Of a stretch of 64,000 nt of DNA, positions 51,339-60,053 are shown one piece after another. Every line of letters starts with the position of its first letter. The first letter of the stretch is position 1. A model generated the notes under the pieces. It saw only the letters and a program-made list of their open reading frames with translations, did not search any database and was not told the DNA's origin. The position numbers and the translations under genes were made by a program. Origin of the DNA: an uncultured virus (IMG/VR IMGVR_UViG_3300047094_000158) (lineage: Duplodnaviria > Heunggongvirae > Uroviricota > Caudoviricetes); the IMG/VR virus record IMGVR_UViG_3300047094_000158. The stretch is one strand, 5' to 3'.

Positions 51339-53099
51339 TTATGCTTCAATATAAATTTTGTGTACTTTAACAGCGGTATCTGCTGATGCACCAGTTACCT
51401 GAAGAAGAACGTTTCCACCACTGTAAACAGCGTTAGTTGTTCCTAGTTCAGTGTTACTGATTACATCTGCATACTCTGTTAAGTAAACGTTGTTTGATCC
51501 ATCAACTGTTACAAGAACTTCAATTACTTCAATATCTGTACCCTTTTTCATCTGCACGATATATTTAGCACTTGAGTATGTTGTTGCTGACCAAGAGTCA
51601 ATTGTTGTTGCTGAGGCTGAAGCGGTAGCAAGAGCAGAACCCATAAGAGCATCTGGAAGAGCAATGCTTGTAGCAGTTGCTGCACCAAGTACTGGAGTAA
51701 CAAGAGTTGGTGTATTAGCAAATACTAGAGCACCAGTTCCTGTTTCATCAGAGATAACTCCTGCAAGTTGTTCTGAAGTTGTTGCTGCGAATACACCTAA
51801 GTTGTTTGTTGTATATGCACCATTTGTTACTGTTGCAGCATTTCCTGTGTATTCTGTTGCTGATAGAACTTGAGTTCCAGCAACTTTTAATACCTTGCCA
51901 GAAGCAAGATCTAAGTGCTCAGAAGATGTCCATGAATCAGTTGCATCTACCCAGTTAAAAGTCTTGTCTGTAGCACCCTTAAGAGTAAGACCACCACCGT
52001 CTGCTCCTGCGTCTGTTGGAGATGTTACTGCACCAAGAATAAGGTTCTTATCATCAATTGTGATTTCTGTTGAGTTAATTGTAGTTGTTGTACCGTTAAC
52101 TGTTAGGTCCCCTGAAAGAACCAAAGATGTACCAGTTGCAGCACCAATGTTTGGTGTTACAAGTGTTGGGGTATCAGCAAAAACAAGTGCTCCAGTACCA
52201 GTCTCATCAGAGATTACTGTACGAAGTTCTGATGAAGTTGTTGCAGCAAAAACATCTAACTTGTTATTTGTAAGAGCAACAGTACCTGTTGCATCTGGCA
52301 AAGTGATAGTCTTGTCTGAGGTTGGATCTGTAACTGTAAGCGTTGTTTCAAAATCATTTGCTGTAGCACCTTCAAACACAATTCCATTGCCGTCTACTGC
52401 TGGTGATGTAAGTGTTTTATTTGTAAGAGTCTGTGCATCGCTTGTTCCAACGATATTACCAGTTACACCGTGAGTTGATGTAAGTCCTGCGTGAGTTGAA
52501 ACATATCCTGAAGCAGTTGATTCTGCTGCAGTTTGTGCTGATGCTGCTGCACCAAATGCATCAAAAGTATTTGCTGTTACAGAAATTGCTCCAGTACTGT
52601 CTGTGTATGTAAGACCAGTTCCGACCGCATTACCTACTGCGTCTTGTGCTCTTTCATCAGTGAAGTAAAGGTTTGTACCTTCCTCAATAACTGTTGTTGA
52701 AATTGCATCTATTGCAGATGTAATATCAGCAGTAAGTGCTACAGTTCCTGTTGCATCTGGAAGTGTGATTGTGCGATCTCCAGTTGGGTCTGTTACTGAA
52801 AGAGTTGTTTCAAAATCGTTTGCTGTTGCACCTTCAAATGTAATTGAAGATTCAAAAACACCAACTGCTTGTGGTGCCTTCCAAGCAATACCATCTGTTG
52901 CATTTGAGTCTGCTGTAAGAATATAATTATCTGTTCCAACGGCAAGACGAGTTACTGCGTCTGCACCAGATGCTACTAGTAAATCACCTTTGGCGTCTAC
53001 TAATGCTTCTGTTAATATATCGTGAGAGTTAACGGTAGCAGTTGATCCCTCAACTACAAGTCCCGCTTTTACTCTAAAGTCTTTTGTTACTGTTGCCAT
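51339..53099 (-). CDS. Long fibre protein with internal repeats
   Basis: N-terminal DFRVKAG; AKGDLLV; two FEGATANDFETTL modules; NLYFTDERA; two ISDETGTGALVFA modules; C-terminal SSAKY beta domain. Confidence 0.8.
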   Translation of the reverse strand: MATVTKDFRVKAGLVVEGSTATVNSHDILTEALVDAKGDLLVASGADAVTRLAVGTDNYILTADSNATDGIAWKAPQAVGVFESSITFEGATANDFETTLSVTDPTGDRTITLPDATGTVALTADITSAIDAISTTVIEEGTNLYFTDERAQDAVGNAVGTGLTYTDSTGAISVTANTFDAFGAAASAQTAAESTASGYVSTHAGLTSTHGVTGNIVGTSDAQTLTNKTLTSPAVDGNGIVFEGATANDFETTLTVTDPTSDKTITLPDATGTVALTNNKLDVFAATTSSELRTVISDETGTGALVFADTPTLVTPNIGAATGTSLVLSGDLTVNGTTTTINSTEITIDDKNLILGAVTSPTDAGADGGGLTLKGATDKTFNWVDATDSWTSSEHLDLASGKVLKVAGTQVLSATEYTGNAATVTNGAYTTNNLGVFAATTSEQLAGVISDETGTGALVFANTPTLVTPVLGAATATSIALPDALMGSALATASASATTIDSWSATTYSSAKYIVQMKKGTDIEVIEVLVTVDGSNNVYLTEYADVISNTELGTTNAVYSGGNVLLQVTGASADTAVKVHKIYIEA

Positions 53100-53114
53100 C
53101 TTTTATCTCCTTGG

Positions 53115-53561
53115 TTAGGCCTTTAATCCCATACGCATATAGCGTAGAGTTATAGGTGTAATTCCCCCAACTGGAACAACAGTTAATGAAACTGTATCTC
53201 CAGCCCGTGAAACAGAGATGGTGCCAATATTCCCATCATTTTCAACTATTCCATATTGACTAACGGATACATCTGTTCCGTCAACTAATATAGATAATTC
53301 AGTAGCAGAGTATTTGTTTCCTCCACCTGCTACATATTTAAGTGAGATCATATACTTCATTGATCTAAACTCGCTTGCTAAAAAGTTATCAAACACTGTT
53401 GAGTTTTCAATTCCATTAATTGTTGACTCGTTATTGCCATCTGAACCAAGATCTGTAGACCTAGCAGAAGTGCTGTCAATTAAATCTTCGTAGTTTGCCT
53501 GTGTTGGTCTATCTCCTGTTTCAAACAGGGCCTTAACGTTTGCTGTTGATATCTTTGCCAT
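53115..53561 (-). CDS. Fibre base/adaptor protein
   Basis: N-terminal FETGDRPTQANYEDLIDS; C-terminal RSMKY domain similar to the C-domain of 51339..53099. Confidence 0.7.
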   Translation of the reverse strand: MAKISTANVKALFETGDRPTQANYEDLIDSTSARSTDLGSDGNNESTINGIENSTVFDNFLASEFRSMKYMISLKYVAGGGNKYSATELSILVDGTDVSVSQYGIVENDGNIGTISVSRAGDTVSLTVVPVGGITPITLRYMRMGLKA

Positions 53562-53583
53562 AGTGTAATTATATCATTATATG

Positions 53584-53805
53584 TTAAAGTATATAGTTAT
53601 TTACACCAATAACTTGAAGACCAATTCCAGGGATATTTGCATTTGCTGGAGCAATTCCTATTGTGGTAAATTTAATTCTAAAGGGTAAAATTTCATTAAT
53701 TTTTACTGAATTTGCTTTGTAAATTATTTCAGATAGTGGGTAGCCAACAGAATTTATTCTTTTTAATTTTTGACTATCTGTATCAACAATTACAGCATAG
53801 GCCAT
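53584..53805 (-). CDS. Small virion linker protein
   Basis: Coupled (TAATG) to the upstream BppU-like gene; PGIGLQVIG. Confidence 0.65.
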   Translation of the reverse strand: MAYAVIVDTDSQKLKRINSVGYPLSEIIYKANSVKINEILPFRIKFTTIGIAPANANIPGIGLQVIGVNNYIL

Positions 53806-54218
53806 TATGACTCTTGACCGTTTGTAATATCCTCAATGATTGTTAGGGTGCCACGAGCAACTGTCCAAACCCTAGTTGCATCACTTAGTTCAATATCAAA
53901 AATATCACCTGTATTAAGACTTCTTGATTCTGCCGAAGTTAAAGATACTGTAAACTCTCCATCTCCATCTTCTACTGTGGCTACTGGATATAACGTTAAT
54001 ACACTTGTTGGATTTGCATCATTAAGATTACCCGCTACTGTTGGTCTTTTAATTTCCATTTCAACTGTCCACTCAGAAATAACTAGTGGATCTTTGTCGT
54101 CATCTGTTACGTATACCCTAAATGCAGCGGTATCACCTTTTACAACTGTCCATTGTACGGTTGGCGGGGTAGATCCAACGGAATATGAACTTTGTGATTG
54201 ATTTCTAAATGTAGCCAT
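53805..54218 (-). CDS. BppU-N-like anchor protein, paralog 3
   Basis: VVKGDT...FDIEL...ARGTLTIIEDIT; promoter TGGTATAAT at 54228-54236. Confidence 0.65.
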   Translation of the reverse strand: MATFRNQSQSSYSVGSTPPTVQWTVVKGDTAAFRVYVTDDDKDPLVISEWTVEMEIKRPTVAGNLNDANPTSVLTLYPVATVEDGDGEFTVSLTSAESRSLNTGDIFDIELSDATRVWTVARGTLTIIEDITNGQES

Positions 54219-54283
54219 AATCTTATCATTATACCATTAACTAATAACAATATTATAAATATTTTTTTATTTTATGCGGGTAT

Positions 54284-54313
54284 TTGACTCAAAAGGTCAA
54301 ATAGTGGTATAAT
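54284..54313 (+). promoter_or_regulatory. Sigma70-type promoter TTGACT-18-(TGG)TATAAT
   Basis: Near-consensus -35 and extended -10 upstream of the plus-strand lysozyme gene. Confidence 0.8.
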
Positions 54314-54364
54314 TAATACATGCTACCTACTTGGTAGCATTTGTTCTCTAGGAGGTAATTTACA

Positions 54365-54919
54365 ATGAGAGAATCTAATGCTTGGCTAGGGGTATTATCG
54401 TTAGTTATTTGTAGTACCGTTTTTGTGGGTACAGCAAAAGCATCAAACGAAAATAACTTATTAATTAAAGAGTCCATTAAGTCTGCCACCCAAGAGGTGG
54501 CTTTTTTGGTTTCTAAAGATAAAAAGTTAGAAAAATATGAAAATGCTGATAAATTAACCAATGAAGAATTAGTTGATTTGTTAAAGCATGTGGGGTTTGA
54601 AGGAAATGCTTTAAGAACTGCTTGTGCAATTGCTATGGCCGAAACCAACGCTAGACCACATGCTTTTAATGGTAATCCTAAAACTGGAGATAGTTCTTAT
54701 GGAATGTTTCAAATAAACATGATAGGGGACTTGGGGCCAGATCGCAGGGAGAAGTTTGAATTAGGTTCAAACTCTGAACTGTTTAACCCAGTTAAAAACG
54801 CACAGATAGCACATCATATGACTAAAGGTGGTAAAGACTGGTCTTCCTGGACTACCCTGAATGGATCACGGTATCAGGAATGGTACAACAAATATCCATG
54901 CAAAAAAGACAAAAAATAA
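54365..54919 (+). CDS. Secreted lysozyme-like / lytic transglycosylase protein
   Basis: N-terminal signal peptide; AIAMAET (catalytic Glu position), SYGMFQIN, LFNPVKNAQIA, WSSW; SD GGAGGT. Confidence 0.85.
   Translation: MRESNAWLGVLSLVICSTVFVGTAKASNENNLLIKESIKSATQEVAFLVSKDKKLEKYENADKLTNEELVDLLKHVGFEGNALRTACAIAMAETNARPHAFNGNPKTGDSSYGMFQINMIGDLGPDRREKFELGSNSELFNPVKNAQIAHHMTKGGKDWSSWTTLNGSRYQEWYNKYPCKKDKK
54485..54507 (+). terminator. Intragenic intrinsic terminator inside the lysozyme-like gene
   Basis: GCCACC-caaga-GGTGGC-TTTTTT on the coding strand. Confidence 0.65.
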
Positions 54920-54925
54920 TATCAA

Positions 54926-54967
54926 ATAAAATACCCCCCTTGCTTTTGGCTTGGGGGGTTTTATTTT
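54926..54967. terminator. Bidirectional terminator between convergent genes
   Basis: ACCCCCC...GGGGGGT stem with A-rich and T-rich flanks. Confidence 0.8.
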
Positions 54968-55016
54968 AAATGTTAACTATTTTACTAACATAAAAGGCTA
55001 GAAATAAAGTATAAAA

Positions 55017-55706
55017 TTAAACCTTGCTAGTCCAGTATAGGTTGTAGTAGTCAACGTTTAATTGAAACCTTTTTACGTGCGTAGCAATAGCGCCTGTGTG
55101 TGCATGTAATGGAATTCCTGCTGCTTTTAATTTTCTAAAGAAAACAACATCTTCACCAATATACTCGTCTTCAATCCCCTCTTGTTCTGCAAATAAAGAC
55201 TGATTTGGATATTTTTCTCTTAATTTAGAAATAATAGATCGGTGCATAATTACTAACCCCATTCCAGCAGAATCACACCTTACAACCTCATCAACTGGAA
55301 GAGGATGTACATACTCAATAGCAAACTCAGACAGGTCATTAAATAGTGCGGGAAAAGGTACCATAAGAGAGCCATCTAATTGTTTAGAAATAAAATATGT
55401 TCCACTTACAACTGGTCTTTTTTCTTTGTCTGCCGTATCCCAAATTTTCTTTAATGTTTCTGCAGTTATATGAATGTCAGAGTCAATCCATAACAACCAA
55501 TCATCTTGTGAATCATTTGCCCAACAATCAAAAAGTGCTTGCCTCTGTCTTCCTATTTGATTTCCTTCTACACGCACAAAAGAATCTATGTTAAGACCAA
55601 GACTTTTGCCATGGGTAAAAATTGAAACTAATCCTTCTACAAATTTACCATCTGTGTTGCCATTGTCGCACCAACCAAGCGCAACAGATTCTTTTTTAGT
55701 TATCAC
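55017..55706 (-). CDS. Glycosyltransferase, GT-A fold (GT2-like)
   Basis: IGRQRQ, WLLWIDSD (DxD), AGMGLVIMHR, GEDVVF, terminal His. Confidence 0.85.
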   Translation of the reverse strand: MITKKESVALGWCDNGNTDGKFVEGLVSIFTHGKSLGLNIDSFVRVEGNQIGRQRQALFDCWANDSQDDWLLWIDSDIHITAETLKKIWDTADKEKRPVVSGTYFISKQLDGSLMVPFPALFNDLSEFAIEYVHPLPVDEVVRCDSAGMGLVIMHRSIISKLREKYPNQSLFAEQEGIEDEYIGEDVVFFRKLKAAGIPLHAHTGAIATHVKRFQLNVDYYNLYWTSKV

Positions 55707-55718
55707 GATTCTCCTATT

Positions 55719-55910
55719 TTATAAGTTTGGGATAGGTACAACTATATCAGAAGACAGTCCGCAGTTAAAGCAATGAGAACCTGGCGCATAAAAGTATTGG
55801 CTTTTATCAGATGCAAGGATTACCTTATTTTGTTTAAATAAGGGAATCATTTCTTGAGACCAATTACCGTAAATAATTGGCGCTAAGTCTGCACCGCAGT
55901 TTGGACACAT
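55719..55910 (-). CDS. Small zinc-binding protein
   Basis: CPNC...IIYG...CFNC; coupled to the upstream gene. Confidence 0.65.
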   Translation of the reverse strand: MCPNCGADLAPIIYGNWSQEMIPLFKQNKVILASDKSQYFYAPGSHCFNCGLSSDIVVPIPNL

Positions 55911-56596
55911 TACCTATACTCCTTTTTATTCCAAAACATAGTTTTATATCTATCAAAAAATTTGCTGTTTAGTTTTGACCTAATACTATGTTGTTCTTTA
56001 AGTTCTTTGTCAGATCCTAAACTCATATGCCAAGTATCACGCCTGAAGGGAATAACCTGTGCAATAGGTGTTCCTTTTGGAATTAACCCCTCAAAGTCAG
56101 GATCATTCATAATCATAGGGAAATTAATTGGCGCCGTGTAAGTGTCGGTATCCACAATTCCTGGAAGAATGGTAAAAACCGATTCTCTATGAAACGGTTG
56201 AACAAATAAGGTTGAATATCCTTTAGGTGTTTTAATAGACCAAGGATTCTCCCACTTGGGTACAGGTACATCTTGTCTATTTCGGGCTGGATGCTCAATG
56301 GCTTGTTCTAGAGAATGCAGACTAATTAAATTAAAAGAAGCCCATTCAAAGTAATGATAACCATCTACAAGGCTAACGTAGACATCAGCGGGTGACGAGA
56401 TTATATATCCTGCAGTTATAGCATCAAACACTGGCATGCAACGTTTTATCGTTCCCGTTGTACCACCGTTACCATCTGGTTTTTTATTTTTACCAATGTA
56501 TGAGTCTGTGTTTGTGTACCATTCAGGTATAAACTTAGATGCGGGTTGTGGGGGATCTATTTCAAAAGGAATAGTGTTGGTAAAAGTAATATTCAT
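55910..56596 (-). CDS. DUF6065-like protein (dUTPase-like beta-fold motifs)
   Basis: KRCMPVFDAITAGY, PWSIKTPKGYSTLF, PGIVDTD, IPKGTPIAQVIPF. Confidence 0.65.
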   Translation of the reverse strand: MNITFTNTIPFEIDPPQPASKFIPEWYTNTDSYIGKNKKPDGNGGTTGTIKRCMPVFDAITAGYIISSPADVYVSLVDGYHYFEWASFNLISLHSLEQAIEHPARNRQDVPVPKWENPWSIKTPKGYSTLFVQPFHRESVFTILPGIVDTDTYTAPINFPMIMNDPDFEGLIPKGTPIAQVIPFRRDTWHMSLGSDKELKEQHSIRSKLNSKFFDRYKTMFWNKKEYR

Positions 56597-56660
56597 CTGC
56601 CCCCCCGTTTATATTATTAAACCCACTATACAGCAATTACAAGCAAGCCTTTAAAACTAG

Positions 56661-56939
56661 TTAATTATTTGTAATCCAAGAAAGATTTTCTTCATCCCAA
56701 ACCATAGTTGCATCTGGACACTCTACTGGTGCATTCCAACTACCATTTGAGTAGACCCAACTTGGAAAAGGTTTAACTGGTATAAAGTTTCCGTTAATAT
56801 ATGAGCCACCTACTTGAGCATTATCTTCATCTGTACACTCAACACAGGCAAACTCTGTCACCGACTGTGCAATTTCTAGTGAATCAGCAATAATAATATT
56901 TACTACTTCATCCCCATCAATAAATGCAAATTTACTCAT
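56661..56939 (-). CDS. Fibre-tip associated / assembly protein
   Basis: VVNIIIAD...GGSY...KPFPSW...WNAPV..P...WDEENLSW; directly follows the Gly-rich tip gene. Confidence 0.6.
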   Translation of the reverse strand: MSKFAFIDGDEVVNIIIADSLEIAQSVTEFACVECTDEDNAQVGGSYINGNFIPVKPFPSWVYSNGSWNAPVECPDATMVWDEENLSWITNN

Positions 56940-56951
56940 GATAGTTCCTCT

Positions 56952-57863
56952 CTAAACCTCAAGGACGTAAGCAACGCCTGCTCCACCATCGCCACCATTG
57001 CCAGTAGGGCCATTACCACCTGCTGCGCCACCACCACCTTTAAGACCTGCACCAGCATTAGTACCCCAAGCACCGCCAGTTGATATAGTTCCACTTTTTA
57101 CGAAAATAAATTCACCCGAGTTGTAAGAGGTGCCACCACCAGTACCATATCCATGGGGTCCTCCAGAACCACCATTTACGGCATTTCCAGTTCCGCCTCC
57201 GCCACCTTGTGCGCCATTGTGTAGTGAGTAATGTCCGCCACCACCGCCGTTTGCAGTTAATGTTGTAATTCCAGTACCAGAAATTGTTGATGTGCCACCA
57301 CCTGAAGCATTTCCTCCGCCAAATCCTGCGCTGGGTCCTGCGCCACCTGCGCCACCGCCAATTACTATAGAAGCGTTTGATGATATTGGAGTATAGCCAG
57401 CAGAAATACCGCCAGCGCCACCAGCACCGCCTGGGTATGATCCAGCACCTGATCCGCCACCTCCGCCACCAACAATTATGCTATATGCAGCACCAGTTGT
57501 ACTAAGAGTTGTAGTTGTATTATATTCAGTAGCCGCACCAGTTGCTACTGGGCTAAGGGATCTACCGCTAGGGGTAATCGTAACAATTACGCTAGTTCCA
57601 GCATTAGTATAGATAAGTGCTTTATCTGCATCTCTAGACAAACTGAGTTGAACTGAACCACTTGATGTAGAAGTTCTTCCAATTGCGCCAGCAGAGTCTT
57701 CAAAAGTTACTGTAGCAACAACAGTTGCTGGGCAGGTGATTGTGTAGGTAGATGCGGGAAAACTTGTAGATAGTCTGTAGCCAACAGATGCTGCTGGTAC
57801 CGATACCGCTTTAGTTTCTAATACAGACGCTGCTGATGCTGGGGGAAATACACTAATTCCCAT
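56952..57863 (-). CDS. Glycine-rich fibre tip / adhesin-like protein
   Basis: N-terminal MGISVFP; VGGGGGG...GGAGG...ANGGGGG polyglycine motifs ending GGAGVAYV. Confidence 0.75.
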   Translation of the reverse strand: MGISVFPPASAASVLETKAVSVPAASVGYRLSTSFPASTYTITCPATVVATVTFEDSAGAIGRTSTSSGSVQLSLSRDADKALIYTNAGTSVIVTITPSGRSLSPVATGAATEYNTTTTLSTTGAAYSIIVGGGGGGSGAGSYPGGAGGAGGISAGYTPISSNASIVIGGGAGGAGPSAGFGGGNASGGGTSTISGTGITTLTANGGGGGHYSLHNGAQGGGGGTGNAVNGGSGGPHGYGTGGGTSYNSGEFIFVKSGTISTGGAWGTNAGAGLKGGGGAAGGNGPTGNGGDGGAGVAYVLEV

Positions 57864-58165
57864 TACGCTATCTCCACTCCGCTAATGTGAAAGTCTACTG
57901 TTGTAGCAGATGCTAAACCTTTAATTGTATCTGTAGCCTCTAAGACCTGCTTAAGGTCAATGTATGCTGTTGTATTGGCAGCGACTGTTGAGTCTTTCTG
58001 TAATTCAATATCATCTAACAAAATAGTGAATGTTGCTGCAGATGCTGCAGTATTAGCAACAGAAATATTTGTTACTACCGTTGTGGTTGACGAAGGGGTT
58101 GTGTATAGGGTTGCGCTTGAGGTTGATGCTGCTCCTCTAAAAAGCACCTTTGAAGTTGTAGCCAT
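57863..58165 (-). CDS. Small beta-sandwich adaptor protein
   Basis: TLYTTP..TTVVTNISVAN...HISGVEI; coupled to the Gly-rich gene; promoter TGCTATAAT at 58195-58203. Confidence 0.7.
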   Translation of the reverse strand: MATTSKVLFRGAASTSSATLYTTPSSTTTVVTNISVANTAASAATFTILLDDIELQKDSTVAANTTAYIDLKQVLEATDTIKGLASATTVDFHISGVEIA

Positions 58166-58208
58166 TAGTTACTACCTTTCTGTGGTATGAGATTATTATA
58201 GCACCTTT

Positions 58209-58589
58209 TTATAAGGTATAAACTCCCATAATTGTTTTAATTTCTAACTCTTCAACGATAGATTGTTTTGCAATTGGTAACCAGTTAGATCCATCATAAA
58301 TTTGAAGGGTATTAATTATATTTCCAGATGAATCTTGTCTTATTACACATATTGATCCAGCGACTGGAGATGTAATTGATGCATCTCTTGCTGCTGGATT
58401 AAGATAATTATTTATACCCCTTTTTGCAACTAACGCCTCAACCATTGTTACATTAGATAAATAGGTTTGCAACCCCGCCCACTCATAAGTTCCAGATGTA
58501 TCTGTTTTACCAGATAACTCATACCAGGTATCGTCTGCTACATTATAAATATATCCTGGTTTTCCGTCGTAATTAAATAATGTTGGCAT
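58209..58589 (-). CDS. Short fibre protein with C-terminal TIMGVY tag
   Basis: AARDASITSPVAG...IYDGSNW knob; ends EELEIKTIMGVYTL. Confidence 0.7.
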   Translation of the reverse strand: MPTLFNYDGKPGYIYNVADDTWYELSGKTDTSGTYEWAGLQTYLSNVTMVEALVAKRGINNYLNPAARDASITSPVAGSICVIRQDSSGNIINTLQIYDGSNWLPIAKQSIVEELEIKTIMGVYTL

Positions 58590-59068
58590 TAAACCACCTG
58601 ATCAAAAGTGCTAGTGTCCCCATTATAAACATACATCTCTAGTGGGCTTGATCCTTTTTTAATCCAAATAACTCCATTGGCTAATCCAGTTGATGGCTGT
58701 GTTGCAGTATAAATAGATGTTGCCGATATATACCCTACTGGGGCTGCTGCATCTTTGTCCACCCAAATATATCCATCTGGTATTGTTGCAGAAAATGTTG
58801 TGAAGTTTGCTGCAACGGGTGCAGAGTTTTGTGCTGAAGATATGTTTCTTGCTGAAACCTCTAGCGCAGCCTTTGTAGTGATTTGACTCTGTAAACTGTT
58901 AATTGTATAAGCAATTGATGGATTTAAAAGTTCTGCTGGATCTGTTTCTGCAGTATCAAAATCATACGAGCCGTAGTGGTATGCCTTTAAAGCATCTTGA
59001 ATATTAGCATCATCAATTAATGCTGGAATTTTTGTTGGTACTAAATTTCCTATATTTTCTACAGCCAT
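58589..59068 (-). CDS. Short fibre protein
   Basis: IPALIDDANIQDALKAY N-terminus; GYIWVD and GVIWI knobs; promoter at 59087-59095. Confidence 0.7.
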   Translation of the reverse strand: MAVENIGNLVPTKIPALIDDANIQDALKAYHYGSYDFDTAETDPAELLNPSIAYTINSLQSQITTKAALEVSARNISSAQNSAPVAANFTTFSATIPDGYIWVDKDAAAPVGYISATSIYTATQPSTGLANGVIWIKKGSSPLEMYVYNGDTSTFDQVV

Positions 59069-59103
59069 CGGATCACCTCTTTAAAGATTATACCATTTTT
59101 ATA

Positions 59104-59679
59104 TTAAACTATAGATATAAAAAGGTGTACAGTTTTATTTCCAGTAAGCGCTGACCAACTACCACCGCTATATTGAACTGCGTCAAAGTTTATTACTAAG
59201 TTTGTTCCAGCCCCTGCTAAAGCAGGTATCTCCATTGATGAAGCAATTGGATTTGCTCCTTCAATTTGAAACTGAACATTGAAGTTTGAAGCGGTAAGTG
59301 GTGAACCACTAACTGTTACTATGTTTGATATTGGAATAGTTATTGATCCTGCGCCAGACGTAAAGGCAATTGTTTCTACAGAGGAGTAAATTGCTGGACT
59401 TACTTTTAAAACTTGAACCCAAGTATTTGCACCAGCCTGAGAAATATATTGATACATATATCCATAGTTTTCTCCTGGGGCGGTATTAATATACATATCA
59501 TTTAAAATTAAGGTGTTTCCAAATAAAACACCACTTGCTGTTAATGCATTAGGTTCTCCAGAACCAACAATAAACTTACTACCACGAGTTCCCTGTGGTC
59601 CAATGTCAACTAATAGATCAATTGACTCTGGCGGTCCTATAACAACAACATCATCGGTATTAAGTAGTACGTCAACCAT
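59104..59679 (-). CDS. Fibre base protein
   Basis: GPQGTRGS...GSGEP...NDMYIN motif; coupled to the BppU-like gene. Confidence 0.65.
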   Translation of the reverse strand: MVDVLLNTDDVVVIGPPESIDLLVDIGPQGTRGSKFIVGSGEPNALTASGVLFGNTLILNDMYINTAPGENYGYMYQYISQAGANTWVQVLKVSPAIYSSVETIAFTSGAGSITIPISNIVTVSGSPLTASNFNVQFQIEGANPIASSMEIPALAGAGTNLVINFDAVQYSGGSWSALTGNKTVHLFISIV

Positions 59680-60029
59680 TATGAATCATCTGCTCCAGTA
59701 ATATCATCTGTTACTGTTATTGATCCAGTCAAAAGTGTGTAAATTAGTGTTGCTCCAGAATCTATTTGAACATCGTAAACATATGTTCCAGCAGCAAGTT
59801 CTTCTCCAGCACCTGGTAAAATTGTGCAAGTTACTACATCTGTAGAGCCATCAACAACTGCTTGCATTTCATATTGAGTTTTATTTTCACCTCTTTGATT
59901 TGCAATGAAAAAGCCTGCACTATATCCTGTTAAGTCAAATGCGTCGCCGTTTGCGTTTTTAGGACGGATTACAAATTCGTACCTATCACCACGGTAGTAA
60001 TTAAAATTATATGTGCCTGGAAATGCCAT
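59679..60029 (-). CDS. BppU-N-like anchor protein, paralog 2
   Basis: YYRGD...FDLTGY...YVYDVQI...LLTGSITVTDDIT; promoter at 60045-60053; SD AGGAGG. Confidence 0.7.
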   Translation of the reverse strand: MAFPGTYNFNYYRGDRYEFVIRPKNANGDAFDLTGYSAGFFIANQRGENKTQYEMQAVVDGSTDVVTCTILPGAGEELAAGTYVYDVQIDSGATLIYTLLTGSITVTDDITGADDS

Positions 60030-60053
60030 TATTCCTCCTATAACATTATACCA

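Noticed and set aside
49536..53099. Diversity-generating retroelement suggested by the Mtd_N-like domain and repeats
   Set aside because: No reverse transcriptase in the window; repeat copies differ at synonymous positions of all bases, not adenine-specifically
54313..54648. Minus-strand 111-aa ORF
   Set aside because: Antisense to the lysozyme-like gene, which has promoter, SD, signal peptide and catalytic motif
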